A stretch of DNA of 64,000 nucleotides, from the NCBI GenBank assembly GCA_963743305.1, contig CAVUPH010000006.1:32001-96000 (forward strand). The letters are read 5' to 3'. A program made the position numbers and the translations under genes. Origin of the DNA: an uncultured delta proteobacterium (GTDB taxonomy: Bacteria; Desulfobacterota; RBG-13-43-22). This document shows positions 48,520-58,264 of this stretch, one piece after another. Position 1 is the first letter of the stretch, and each line of letters starts with the position of its first letter. Below the pieces are notes generated by a model, which was not told the origin of the DNA, did no database searches, and worked only from the letters and a program-made list of their open reading frames with translations.

Positions 48520-50043
48520 TCATAAGTTATCCGCCTTACCATGTTTTTCCTTAAGAATAAACTTCTGAACTTTCTCCGAAGCCACCGTTCGCGGCAACGA
48601 CTTAAGGAGGATCAGGTATTTGGGAATCTTATATTTCGCTATTTTATTGCGCAAAAAATCCTGGAGTTCCTCCAGGCCCAGGCTCTCGCCGGGATGCGGC
48701 ACCAAACAGGCCTTGCCGACCTCCCCCCACTTCTCATCCGGAACGCCGATAACCGCCACGGCGGCCACCCGGGGATGGGTTTCGATCAGCCGCTCGATTT
48801 CGGCGGGATAGATGTTGACGCCTCCGGAGATGAACATATCTTTCTTACGGCCCACAAGGCGATAATGACCGTCGGCGTCCTTTTGGATCAGGTCTCCGGT
48901 ATGGAACCAGCCATCCTTCAGGGCCTCGGCGGTGGCCTCGGGCTTGTTCCAATAGCCGGCACAGACCATATCGCCGCGGACGATCAATTCCCCGTCGGTG
49001 CCCGCGGGTACTTCGTTCCCCTGGTCATCGATCTGCTTCAGGTCCACATGAGGCATGGGACGGCCCACGGTTTTCAATTTTCCGTCGGCCATGAACAGGT
49101 TGGGACCCGCCTCGGTCAGGCCATATCCTTCTCGGAGATGAAGGCCCTTTTCCTTTTTAAAAGTCTGAAATATCCTTTCAGTCAGCGGCGCACCGCCGGA
49201 GACCAGGAACCAGATACTGGATAAATCGGCGTCCGCAAACCGGGGAGATTCCATCAGCATTTGGTACATGGTCGGGACCGCGAAGAAGACGGTGACCCGT
49301 TCCCGTTCGATAAGGTCCAGTATCAAGTCGGCCTCGAAGCGCTGGATGAGGATGTTGGTCCCCAGTCCATGGAACAAGGGCAGGGTAAAGACGTTCCAGC
49401 CGGCGGTATAGAAAAGGGCGGAGTGCAGGATGGTCCGCTCGCCCCGGCGTAGTCCCCAGCCCAAATGGCTGTTGATGGAATTCCAGGTGATCATGCCGTA
49501 GGTCAGGATCACCCCCTTGGGCAGACCGGTGGTGCCCGAGGTATAAATGATCAATTGGGGATCATTCGCTTTCAGGTCCACTTCCGGAAGCGGGTCGGCG
49601 GGCAATTGGTCCCAGCGGGAAGCCAGGCTGGGGCCCAGTCGGTCATCCGGATCCAGGCAGACATAATGGTCCACGTTCAGTCGGGGCTGCAGTTCCCGTA
49701 CCACCTCCAGGTGTTCCCGATCAAAGAAGCAGGCCCGGGGAGCGGCGTCCTTAAAAAAATAAGAGAATTCATCGATGGCCAGACGAAAATTAAGGGGCAC
49801 CAGAATGGCCCCCAGTCGACCGGCGGCAAAGAAAAGGGCGATATAATCCGCCCGGTTGTAGGCCAGCACGGCTACCCGATCGCCTTTGCTTATTCCCAAC
49901 CGGACCGACAGAAAATGGGCCAGACGATTGACGTCACGGTTGAGTTCACCATAGGTCAGGCGTTGATTCCGGGGGATATCCACCAGGGCTTCAATCTCCG
50001 GAACGCTTTTTCCCCAGCGACCGATCCAATCACCGTAGAGCAT
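48520..50043 (-). CDS. acyl-CoA ligase (AMP-binding, MenE/FadD-like)
   Basis: YTSGTTGLPKG, GYGLTEAG and WFHTGD motifs. Confidence 0.92.
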   Translation of the reverse strand: MLYGDWIGRWGKSVPEIEALVDIPRNQRLTYGELNRDVNRLAHFLSVRLGISKGDRVAVLAYNRADYIALFFAAGRLGAILVPLNFRLAIDEFSYFFKDAAPRACFFDREHLEVVRELQPRLNVDHYVCLDPDDRLGPSLASRWDQLPADPLPEVDLKANDPQLIIYTSGTTGLPKGVILTYGMITWNSINSHLGWGLRRGERTILHSALFYTAGWNVFTLPLFHGLGTNILIQRFEADLILDLIERERVTVFFAVPTMYQMLMESPRFADADLSSIWFLVSGGAPLTERIFQTFKKEKGLHLREGYGLTEAGPNLFMADGKLKTVGRPMPHVDLKQIDDQGNEVPAGTDGELIVRGDMVCAGYWNKPEATAEALKDGWFHTGDLIQKDADGHYRLVGRKKDMFISGGVNIYPAEIERLIETHPRVAAVAVIGVPDEKWGEVGKACLVPHPGESLGLEELQDFLRNKIAKYKIPKYLILLKSLPRTVASEKVQKFILKEKHGKADNL

Positions 50044-51102
50044 TTATTCCCCACCGCCCTTCTGGGGTCGACACGCGCCCCAGCGCAACAACACTACGTT
50101 CCAGGCATACCCGATCCCGGCGGAAATCATCAGGACCAGATCCCCTTCCTGGAGGCGCCCCTCCTCCAACGCCAGCTCCAGGGAGAGGATCTGATCGTTT
50201 TGGCCGTGGTGGCCGAACTCGGCCAGATAGCGCGTCTGTTCCGGTCGCAGGCCGAGGGACTTCATCAGAAAGTCGTGGGCGCTGCGCTTGACCAGCAGGG
50301 TCGCCAGGTAATCGACATCGGACCGGGCATATCCCCCTTTGGCCAGGGCCTGGTCGATGCAGAGGAGCCAGTTGCTCAGGCTCAGTCGCTCCAGCCTGTC
50401 CTTCATGCCCACCGGGTCCATCACGTCCAGATACTGTTTTCCCGTCTTCAGTCCCTCCAGGGTCAGGGGGGCGGCCGACCCTCCCTCGGGGCAGTAGACG
50501 TCCCAGGCGAAGGATCCGTCGGTCAGGAAGTGGCTTTCCAGTATCTCGTTGCGAGGACAGTCCCGCTGGACCACGCAGGCGGCCCCGCCGGCCGCCAGGT
50601 AATAGAGCCAGCGCACCCGGGGATTAGGGTAATGGATCAAATCGGCATTGCGGTATCCGCTGACGATCAGGATATTTTTCAACCCGGGATCCGACCGGAT
50701 CATGTCCCGGACCAGCTTGAAAGCCACCAGGGTCGTACCGCAGCGTTGCTGCAGATCAAAGGACCAGGCCCGGCGCAGCCCCAGTTCTTTCTGGATCTTG
50801 GGGCCCACCGGCCAATTGCGATATTCCTTGACCTCTTCGCCGCTGTAGATAACCAGATCGATCTCCTCCGGTTTTAATCCCGAGTAATAGAGGGCCTTGC
50901 GAGCGGCCTTCAGTCCCATGGCCACCGTCCCGTCACCCGGGCCGGGGACGTTCTTCTGGTACCAGCCCAGTTTGGTGCGGATAATTTCCGCCGGGGTCTC
51001 GCATTGCGAGGCGATAAAATCGGCGTCATGATAGGTCCGCGGTATATAAGTGGCCAGGCTGAGCAGGCCGGCGGACGGAAGTTCATCAGACATGGCGCGC
51101 AT
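50044..51102 (-). CDS. FabH/KAS-III-like protein (PRK06840-type) with catalytic Cys
   Basis: WSFDLQQRCGTT, GYRNADLI, VKRSAH and GHHGQNDQ motifs. The start overlaps the livM-like stop; the longer ORF 5' extension is spurious. Confidence 0.88.
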   Translation of the reverse strand: MRAMSDELPSAGLLSLATYIPRTYHDADFIASQCETPAEIIRTKLGWYQKNVPGPGDGTVAMGLKAARKALYYSGLKPEEIDLVIYSGEEVKEYRNWPVGPKIQKELGLRRAWSFDLQQRCGTTLVAFKLVRDMIRSDPGLKNILIVSGYRNADLIHYPNPRVRWLYYLAAGGAACVVQRDCPRNEILESHFLTDGSFAWDVYCPEGGSAAPLTLEGLKTGKQYLDVMDPVGMKDRLERLSLSNWLLCIDQALAKGGYARSDVDYLATLLVKRSAHDFLMKSLGLRPEQTRYLAEFGHHGQNDQILSLELALEEGRLQEGDLVLMISAGIGYAWNVVLLRWGACRPQKGGGE

Positions 51103-52205
51103 CAGCCCCCTTCCGGACGGCGACCCTGGCGCCGTTTGATTATTTCCCGGGCGGTCCCCACGAAGCCTTTGGGGAAGAAAAAAACTACTAAAATGAAAAG
51201 GATGCCAAAATAGAGAATCCAGCGCTCGGCCAGGCGTTGGGCGATTTCGACATGGGGCAGCAGACTCCTGGCCACCTTCTGGAGGTCCGGCAGCCAGGTC
51301 TCGGCAATTTTGATGAAGGCGGCCCCGACGATGCTGCCGTACATCGTCCCCAGACCGCCGATGATGACCATGAGCAGCACGTTGAGCATGATGGGCAGGC
51401 TTAAGACGGAGCCGGGATTCACGTAGCACAGCCACATGGCATACAGGATCCCGGTCAATGAGGCGATACTGGAACTGAAAACGATGGCCAGGACCTGGTA
51501 GCGAAAGGTGTGATACCCCAAGGCGGTGGCCCGCGGTTCATTGTCACGGACGGCCTTGAGCACCCGTCCCACCGGGGAGCGGACAAACCGCAGCAAGCCG
51601 ATAAACAGGAGCACGGAAACGATCAAAATAAAATAATAGGTCATGAGCCGTCCGTTGACCTCCATCCCGAACAACCGGGGGGCCGACCAATCCACGTTGA
51701 AAATACCGGGCAGCTTGAAAGACACCCCGTCTTCGGCTCGGGTCAGATCATACCACTGGACCGCCAGGATATCGGCGAATTCCGCCAGGGCCAGCGTCAT
51801 CATGGCGAAGAAGATGGCCTTGACCCGGAGAGAAAAGAAGGCGATGACCAAAGCCATGGAAATGCTTAAGCCCAGGGCCACCCCGGCGGCCAGGATAATA
51901 TGGACCATGGTGGGCGGGCCCCAGTGGTAAATAACCAGGGCCAGGGAATAGGCCCCGATGCCGAAAAACATGGAATGGCCGAGAGAAAGCAGGCCGCTGT
52001 ATCCGAGAAGAAGATCGTAAGAGGCCACGAACACGGCAAAGATCATGATCTTGGCCACCAGATCGATGACCCTGAAGGAGGAAAAGGTCCAGGGGACGGC
52101 CAGTAAGACGGCCACCAGGATCACCTGAACAATAAAGGAGGGCCGGGTATACCGGGTTCGCTGTTCGAGGAGTCTTTCCTGTTGAACCGGACTGATGTGG
52201 GTCAC
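51102..52205 (-). CDS. HAAT/Liv-type ABC permease (LivM-like)
   Basis: GYSGLLSLGH, FAMMTLA, SPVGRVL..VRDNE and IIGGLG motifs. Confidence 0.92.
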   Translation of the reverse strand: MTHISPVQQERLLEQRTRYTRPSFIVQVILVAVLLAVPWTFSSFRVIDLVAKIMIFAVFVASYDLLLGYSGLLSLGHSMFFGIGAYSLALVIYHWGPPTMVHIILAAGVALGLSISMALVIAFFSLRVKAIFFAMMTLALAEFADILAVQWYDLTRAEDGVSFKLPGIFNVDWSAPRLFGMEVNGRLMTYYFILIVSVLLFIGLLRFVRSPVGRVLKAVRDNEPRATALGYHTFRYQVLAIVFSSSIASLTGILYAMWLCYVNPGSVLSLPIMLNVLLMVIIGGLGTMYGSIVGAAFIKIAETWLPDLQKVARSLLPHVEIAQRLAERWILYFGILFILVVFFFPKGFVGTAREIIKRRQGRRPEGG

Positions 52206-52219
52206 CGCTGCCTCCCTGT

Positions 52220-53239
52220 TTAATTTCGGCCCAAGAGGCCTCGGGGCCGGATGAGCAAGATAATGGCCATGATCATAATGTTTACACCCAGAGCGAGCTT
52301 GGGCACCAAGAAGGACACATAATTAAAGGCCAGACCGACCATGAGGGCCCCCAGAAAACTGCCGGTCACCGAGCCCAGGCCGCCAATGATGACCACGATC
52401 AGCGCGAAGATCAGATTCTCGTCGCCCATACCGGGATAGATATGCCCATTGAAAAGGGAGATCATCACCCCGCCCATGGCGGCCAGGCCCGCCCCGGCAG
52501 CGAAGACGCCCGCAAAGATACGCTGGATATTGTAACCCATGACCTGGACGATCTCCTTGTTTTCCACCCCGGCCCGGACGATGATACCCAGCTTGGTCTT
52601 TCGAAGTACCAACTGGATACCCACAAAAACCGATCCCCCGACCAGGATGGCCACCCCCCGGAACTTGTTGACCACCACGTTGAACAGGTCCCAGGAGTTT
52701 TGGAAGGCCGCCGGTATGGCGATGGCTTCGTCATTGGGTCCCCAGAAGATCTTGATGATTTCGGTCATCACCAGGGCCGCGCCCATGGTGATGAGGATCT
52801 GTTTCAGGTGGTTCCCATAGGTCTTGCGGATGATCATTTTTTCCAGGATCAGACCCAAGATGGCCCCGACCGCCAGCGAGAGCAGCAGGACCAGGAGCAG
52901 ACTCCCGATGCTTTTTTCCAGGGAGGCCATTTCCACCCAGCCTTTCCGGTTAAGAAAGCCAAGCAGAGAAAAACCGGCATAGGCCCCCCAGGCAAAGAAG
53001 GCCCCGTGGGTCAGGTTGAGCACATCCATCAGGCCGAAGATGACCGTCAATCCCGAGGCGGTCAGAAATAGGAGCACCCCCATGGTCACTCCGGCGATGG
53101 TCAAGGTCAGATAAGTGGTCAGGTCGGTCCACAAAAGGGGCACAACCCATATCCCTAGACCCAAGATCCAACTGGCTATCTTTCGGATATCAAATTCTCC
53201 ACGGTTTACTGAACCTGCCAGTCCTGCCTCAACCGCCAT
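52220..53239 (-). CDS. HAAT/Liv-type ABC permease (LivH-like)
   Basis: SGLTVIFGLMDVLNLTHG and VVIIGGLGS motifs. Confidence 0.92.
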   Translation of the reverse strand: MAVEAGLAGSVNRGEFDIRKIASWILGLGIWVVPLLWTDLTTYLTLTIAGVTMGVLLFLTASGLTVIFGLMDVLNLTHGAFFAWGAYAGFSLLGFLNRKGWVEMASLEKSIGSLLLVLLLSLAVGAILGLILEKMIIRKTYGNHLKQILITMGAALVMTEIIKIFWGPNDEAIAIPAAFQNSWDLFNVVVNKFRGVAILVGGSVFVGIQLVLRKTKLGIIVRAGVENKEIVQVMGYNIQRIFAGVFAAGAGLAAMGGVMISLFNGHIYPGMGDENLIFALIVVIIGGLGSVTGSFLGALMVGLAFNYVSFLVPKLALGVNIMIMAIILLIRPRGLLGRN

Positions 53240-53252
53240 GGTATCCCTCCTG

Positions 53253-53963
53253 TCAGGCTATGCCCAGGTATTTTTGTTTCAGATCATGGTCCTTCACCAG
53301 ATCCTCCATAAGTCCCTGATGAACCACCCGGCCGTCATCCAGGATAAAATAATCCTGTCCCACCTTACTGGCTAAATAAAAATTCTGTTCCACCAAAACA
53401 ATGGTGGTCGTTTCCTTGATCTGGTTGAGCGCCTCCCCCAGGTGTTCGACCACCACGGGCGCTAACCCCTTTGAGGGTTCGTCGATTAGAACGATTTGAT
53501 GCTCCAGGGCCAGGGCCAGGGCTATAGCCAGCATTTGTTTCTGGCCTCCGGACAGGAGTCCGGCCTTGGAATGGAGGAACTTTTTGAGGTCCGGGAACAG
53601 TTTAAAGACGGTTTCCAATCGCTGCCAGGCTTCTCTGTTTTCCTTAAACATGGCCAAGCGGAAATTTTCTTCCACGGTCAATGAGTAGATAACGGCAAAA
53701 TCTTCGGGAACGAACCCTAGGCCCAGACGGGCGATTTCAAAAGGCTTACGGCCCTGGATGGCTTGGCCGTCAAATGTTATCGTCCCCGCTGTGGCCGGGC
53801 TAAGACCCATGATGGTCCGCAAGGTCGTGGACTTGCCGGCGCCGTTTCTTCCTAAAAGCACGGTGGCTCTTCCCGGGTTGACCTCAAGAGACACCCCCTG
53901 GAGGATATGATGCTGTTGAATGTGGGTGTGCACATCCAGAAGAGAAAGGATCGATTCAATCAT
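53253..53963 (-). CDS. HAAT/Liv-type ABC ATPase (LivF-like)
   Basis: GRNGAGKST, LSGGQKQ and DEPSKGLAP motifs. Confidence 0.93.
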   Translation of the reverse strand: MIESILSLLDVHTHIQQHHILQGVSLEVNPGRATVLLGRNGAGKSTTLRTIMGLSPATAGTITFDGQAIQGRKPFEIARLGLGFVPEDFAVIYSLTVEENFRLAMFKENREAWQRLETVFKLFPDLKKFLHSKAGLLSGGQKQMLAIALALALEHQIVLIDEPSKGLAPVVVEHLGEALNQIKETTTIVLVEQNFYLASKVGQDYFILDDGRVVHQGLMEDLVKDHDLKQKYLGIA

Positions 53964-54723
53964 GCTTCACCCCTCCGGATAAATAGGCTTCCTGGACCTC
54001 CTGGTTTTGAGCGACCGTTTCGGGCGAACCGTCACAGATGAGACCACCGTCCTTGAGCACGGCGATCGTGTCCGAAACGGACATGATCATGTCAAATTTG
54101 TGCTCCACCAAAAGGATCGTCCGATTCCTTCCGGACTTGATTTGCTGGATGAGATCAAGGATGGCCGGGACCTCCTCCAGGCTCATGCCGGCCGTGGGTT
54201 CATCCAGCAGCAGCACCTCCGGGTCCAGGGCCAGGAGGATGGCGATTTCCAGCTTACGCTTCTCCCCGTGGGTCAGGCTGGCGGCGTCATCAGCCCAGCG
54301 ATCGCTCAGGAGAACCTGTTGCAAAAGCTGATAGGCCTGATCCTCCAGGGCGCCGTAAGAACGGTAATAGCGCCAAAACACCAGTCCAATATCCGCCTTC
54401 GACTGGAGGGCCACCCGGACGTTTTCCAGGACACTTAAGGCCGGAAAGATGTTGGTCAACTGAAAAGACCGCCCCAGGCCCAGCTTGGTTCGTTCGGCCG
54501 GGCCCAGGCCGGTGATGTCTTCACCCTTGAACAGGACCTTTCCGGCCGTGGGCCGGTACTGTCCGCTGATCAGATTGAACAAGGTGGTCTTCCCGGCCCC
54601 GTTGGGACCGATGAGTGACTTGAGGCAGAAAGGCTCTACCTTGAGGTTGACCTTATTGACGGCAACGTTGCCGCCGAAATGGATGGTCAGGTCCCGGGTT
54701 TCGATAATCGGTGACTGGTTCAT
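53956..54723 (-). CDS. HAAT/Liv-type ABC ATPase (LivG-like)
   Basis: GPNGAGKTT, RSFQ, DEPTAG and VQEAYL motifs. Confidence 0.93.
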   Translation of the reverse strand: MNQSPIIETRDLTIHFGGNVAVNKVNLKVEPFCLKSLIGPNGAGKTTLFNLISGQYRPTAGKVLFKGEDITGLGPAERTKLGLGRSFQLTNIFPALSVLENVRVALQSKADIGLVFWRYYRSYGALEDQAYQLLQQVLLSDRWADDAASLTHGEKRKLEIAILLALDPEVLLLDEPTAGMSLEEVPAILDLIQQIKSGRNRTILLVEHKFDMIMSVSDTIAVLKDGGLICDGSPETVAQNQEVQEAYLSGGVKHD

Positions 54724-54738
54724 TCCGGACTCCAGTGG

Positions 54739-54780
54739 ATAAATTTATACGCGCCGGTCTCCCGGCGCGTATAAATTTAT
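54739..54780. other. perfect 19-bp stem-loop after the binding-protein gene
   Basis: ATAAATTTATACGCGCCGG-TCTC-CCGGCGCGTATAAATTTAT. Confidence 0.8.
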
Positions 54781-54784
54781 GAAC

Positions 54785-55981
54785 TTACTTTTTGTTGCGG
54801 ATGGGGATATTCATGTCCTTCCAGGTCAGCTCCCTTACCAACTCAGGGATGGCCCATTTAACGTTGGGGTCCACCTTGATCTTGAAAACGTACATGGATT
54901 GCAGGGCCTGGTGATCCTCGGGTCTGAAGACCATTTCGCCCTTGGGAGTCTGGAAGTGCATCCCTTCCAGGGTCTTGATCAATTTTTCCGTATCTGTGGA
55001 GCCGGCCTTGGTCAGTCCGGCCACCACGGCCATGGCCGCCGAGAAACCGCCGCAGGTAAAGAAGTCCGGCGGAGCATGAAAACGTTTTTCATGTTCTTTA
55101 ACCAGCCAGTCGTTGATCGGGTTCTTGGGGATATCGTAATAATAATAGATGGCCCCTTGCATACCGACCAAAGGTTTATAGAGGGCTAAGGCGTCCAAGA
55201 TGTTGCCGCCGGTGGTAACCTTGATGCCATACTTCTCCAATCCCATTCCGGCGATGGAGAAGGGATTGCCCTTGCCGGCCCAGATGATGAAGATATATTT
55301 CTCGCCCTTCAGGTCTTTCATGGCTTGAATGATCCGCTGCACCGGGGCAGTAAAATCGGTGGTGTTGATCGGGGCGTATTCTTCGTGGACCACCTTGGCC
55401 CCTTTGGCTTCGGCCGCCTCTTTGTAGGCCTTGACCCCGTCCCGGCCGAAGGCATAGTCCTGGGCCAGGGTGGAAATAAATACACCGGGCTTGGCTACGG
55501 CCAATGCGTTGGAGATGGCATCCTGGGAGGAATTGCGGCCCGTGCGGAAGATATAGCGGTTCCAAGCCTCACCGGTGATGGAATCGGCTACGGCCGGTTC
55601 GACGATGAGTATCTTTTTGAATTCCTTGGCCACGGGAAGCATAGCCATGGCGACCGGCGAAAAAACCCCGCCCACGGCCAAGTCGGCATTGTCGTCTTTA
55701 AAGGCTTCGGTCAGCATCTGTTTACCCACGTCGGGCTTGGCCTGGGTGTCCTTGACGATGACCTTAATCGGCCGGTCCAGAACTTTCATGGTACCCTTGG
55801 TGGCATACTCCAAGCCCAGTTGAAACCCGTTGACGGATTGTTTGGCGTAAGCCTCCAGGGGGCCGGTCAGATCCACGACCTGGACGATCTTGATCGGCTC
55901 CGCCGCCAGTGCCCCGGAAACCAACAAACCACACACCAAAGCTGTTGCTGTCAACATCGATACCATTCTTCTCACATCCAT
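54785..55981 (-). CDS. HAAT/Liv-type ABC substrate-binding protein
   Basis: Signal peptide; LTGPLEAY, VEPAVADSITG, RYIFRTGRNS, QDYAFGRDG and DHQALQ motifs; AGGAGGAG RBS. Confidence 0.92.
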   Translation of the reverse strand: MDVRRMVSMLTATALVCGLLVSGALAAEPIKIVQVVDLTGPLEAYAKQSVNGFQLGLEYATKGTMKVLDRPIKVIVKDTQAKPDVGKQMLTEAFKDDNADLAVGGVFSPVAMAMLPVAKEFKKILIVEPAVADSITGEAWNRYIFRTGRNSSQDAISNALAVAKPGVFISTLAQDYAFGRDGVKAYKEAAEAKGAKVVHEEYAPINTTDFTAPVQRIIQAMKDLKGEKYIFIIWAGKGNPFSIAGMGLEKYGIKVTTGGNILDALALYKPLVGMQGAIYYYYDIPKNPINDWLVKEHEKRFHAPPDFFTCGGFSAAMAVVAGLTKAGSTDTEKLIKTLEGMHFQTPKGEMVFRPEDHQALQSMYVFKIKVDPNVKWAIPELVRELTWKDMNIPIRNKK

Positions 55982-56147
55982 GGTTCTCCTCCTTTTTTAG
56001 GGATTATTAATTATTAGATCATGAGGTTTGGTTGTTGCCGCGCCCCCCCAATTATCATCTTTCGGGGTGCCCACCGCGGGCAGGGGGGGGTTAACACTGG
56101 ACCCTTGCCGTGCGATTCGAATTCCGGACTCCGCAATTGAGCCCCAT

Positions 56148-57674
56148 TCACTTCAGCCTATCCCGAAGCTCGGTTTTTAAGACCTTGCCGGCCGCATTGC
56201 GGGGCAAGCGGTCGATAAAAACCACCTGTTTGGGAATCTTGTACCTGGCCAGCCGGCCCCGGAGGTGATCGAGGATCTCCGCCTCGCCCAAAAGTTGTCC
56301 CTCCTTGAGAACCACCACGGCCAGGCCGACCTCACCCCATTTTTTATCGGGAAGACCTATCACCGCCGCCTCGGAAACCGGGGATAGCTCGAAGAGGACG
56401 TTTTCCACCTCGGCCGGATACACATTTTCCCCGCCGGAGATGAACATGTCCTTTTTGCGCTCCACGATGGTCAGGTCACCCTCCTCGTCCATCCGGGCCA
56501 GATCGCCGGTATGAAACCAGCCCCCGGCCAAGGCCTCCGCCGTAGACTCCGGCCGGTTCCAGTAGCCCCGCATCAGGTTGGGCCCCCGGATGACCAGTTC
56601 TCCCACGGCGTCCGTCGCCACGTCCTGGAGATCGTCGTCCACTATCCGGGCCTCTACATGAAACAGGGCCCGGCCGATGGAGCCGGCCTTGCGGAGGGCC
56701 CGATCCTTTCCCAAAGTCGCTATGCTGGGGGCCGCCTCGCTCATGCCGAAACCCTGCTGGAGCACGATGCCCGCCCGGTGGTACTGCTCAACCAGGCTGA
56801 CCGGCAGGGGCGCCCCGCCGCTCATGACCAGGCGGACCTTCTCGAAGGCCCGGGCCTGGAAATCTGGATGCTGGATCAAAAACAAAAAGACGGCCGGCAC
56901 ACCGAAAAATAAGGTGATGCTCTCTTCTTGCAACAGCCTTAAGGTTTCGGTCGGTTCGAAAGTGCGCTGAATGACCACCGTACCCCCCGCGTACAGCATC
57001 GGCAGGGTAAACAACCCGATGCCTCCGATATGAAACATGGGCAGGACCAGTAGGTTTCGATCCCGGGGAGTGAAGTAGAGGTCCATTTCCAGGTTAACGG
57101 CATTCCAAAAACTGGCCCCTTGGGTCAGCACGGCTCCCTTGGGCCGGCCGGTAGTGCCGGCGGTGTACATGATGATATGGGGAGTTTCCAGGCCAACCGG
57201 TTCGGCGGGTTCCGGCTCCTGCTCGGATTGCCCGGCCAGGACCTTTTCATAAGCCGGGGCGCCGGTCGTCCCTTCCTCTCCCAGAATCAGCCGGCGCCGG
57301 ACCGGGGTTTGACCGATCAGGCCCTGAACCACCTCCGCAAACCCCGGGTCAAAAATCAGCGTTTCAGTCCCGCTGTCGGAGAGGTTGAAGGCCAGTTCGG
57401 CCGGGGAAAGCCTCCAGTTCAAGGGCACCAGCAGCAGTCCCAGCTTGGCCGTGGCAAAAATCACCTCGACATATTCCAGGCAGTTATAGGCCAGCAGCGC
57501 GCAACGGTCGCCCGGCTCCAGGCCTTGGGCCTGAAGGGCCCGGGAAAGCCGATTGACCCGGCTATTGAGTTCCCGGTAGCTGAGCCGGCGTCTCCCGTCC
57601 ACCAAAGCCTCCCGGTCGCCATTCAAAAAAGCCCGTTTGGTCAACCAGAAACCGATTCCTTGCGCTTCCATCAT
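56148..57674 (-). CDS. acyl-CoA ligase (AMP-binding, MenE/FadD-like)
   Basis: YTAGTTGRPKG, GFGMSE, WFHTGD and PRNAAGKV motifs. Confidence 0.92.
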   Translation of the reverse strand: MMEAQGIGFWLTKRAFLNGDREALVDGRRRLSYRELNSRVNRLSRALQAQGLEPGDRCALLAYNCLEYVEVIFATAKLGLLLVPLNWRLSPAELAFNLSDSGTETLIFDPGFAEVVQGLIGQTPVRRRLILGEEGTTGAPAYEKVLAGQSEQEPEPAEPVGLETPHIIMYTAGTTGRPKGAVLTQGASFWNAVNLEMDLYFTPRDRNLLVLPMFHIGGIGLFTLPMLYAGGTVVIQRTFEPTETLRLLQEESITLFFGVPAVFLFLIQHPDFQARAFEKVRLVMSGGAPLPVSLVEQYHRAGIVLQQGFGMSEAAPSIATLGKDRALRKAGSIGRALFHVEARIVDDDLQDVATDAVGELVIRGPNLMRGYWNRPESTAEALAGGWFHTGDLARMDEEGDLTIVERKKDMFISGGENVYPAEVENVLFELSPVSEAAVIGLPDKKWGEVGLAVVVLKEGQLLGEAEILDHLRGRLARYKIPKQVVFIDRLPRNAAGKVLKTELRDRLK

Positions 57675-57686
57675 CCGCCGCCGTCC

Positions 57687-58259
57687 TCAGAATAGTTTTT
57701 TCATCAGCCCGGCCAGATTCCGGGCGAAGGTGGTAACCACCTCCAAACCGATCAGATCTTTTTCCGCGTCGCGGGCCCCCCGGGTGCCGGCCACCCCTAC
57801 ATTCCAGTAGATCGATCCGGGAACGATCAGCCCGTTAAAAAAGAACCAGAGCAGAAGCTGGGAGAAGGCCAGATTGTGCCCGGCCCGCTGGGCCACGGTA
57901 ATCGGTCCGCCGACCTTGCCGTTAAAAAATTTGCCGTTCCAGTAGGACACGAAGGTGGCCCGGGAAAGCAAGGCCATCATCTGGGGGACCACCGAACTGA
58001 GGTAGACCGGAGAACCGAGGATCAGGCCTTCGACCCGGCACATCCGGGTGAAGATTTCTTCAAAATCATCCCCCGTGATGGTGCAGAACCCCTGGGTCTG
58101 ACAGTCATAACAACCGGTGCAGGGCTTGATTTCCCTATCCCGCAACGAAAGCAACTCCGTTTCGATCTCTTCTTCTTCCAACACCTTCAAGGCCGTTTCC
58201 ACATAATAAAGGGTATTGCTTTGATCGCGTAGACTCCCGCTGATGCCCAAGACCTTCAT
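57687..58259 (-). CDS. flavodoxin-fold iron-sulfur flavoprotein (Isf/WrbA-like)
   Basis: MKVLGISGSLR, CTGCYDC.....C and GSPVY motifs. Confidence 0.88.
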   Translation of the reverse strand: MKVLGISGSLRDQSNTLYYVETALKVLEEEEIETELLSLRDREIKPCTGCYDCQTQGFCTITGDDFEEIFTRMCRVEGLILGSPVYLSSVVPQMMALLSRATFVSYWNGKFFNGKVGGPITVAQRAGHNLAFSQLLLWFFFNGLIVPGSIYWNVGVAGTRGARDAEKDLIGLEVVTTFARNLAGLMKKLF

Positions 58260-58264
58260 CTTCT

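Noticed and set aside
49465-50877. Long plus-strand ORFs antisense to real genes (also 7737..8834, 30109..31209, 62796..63704)
   Set aside because: These are shadow ORFs typical of GC-rich coding DNA, with no motifs and fully overlapping well-supported genes.
51103-51435. N-terminal extension of the KAS-III-like ORF (track start 51435)
   Set aside because: It overlaps the livM-like permease in another frame; family similarity starts near 51093-51102.
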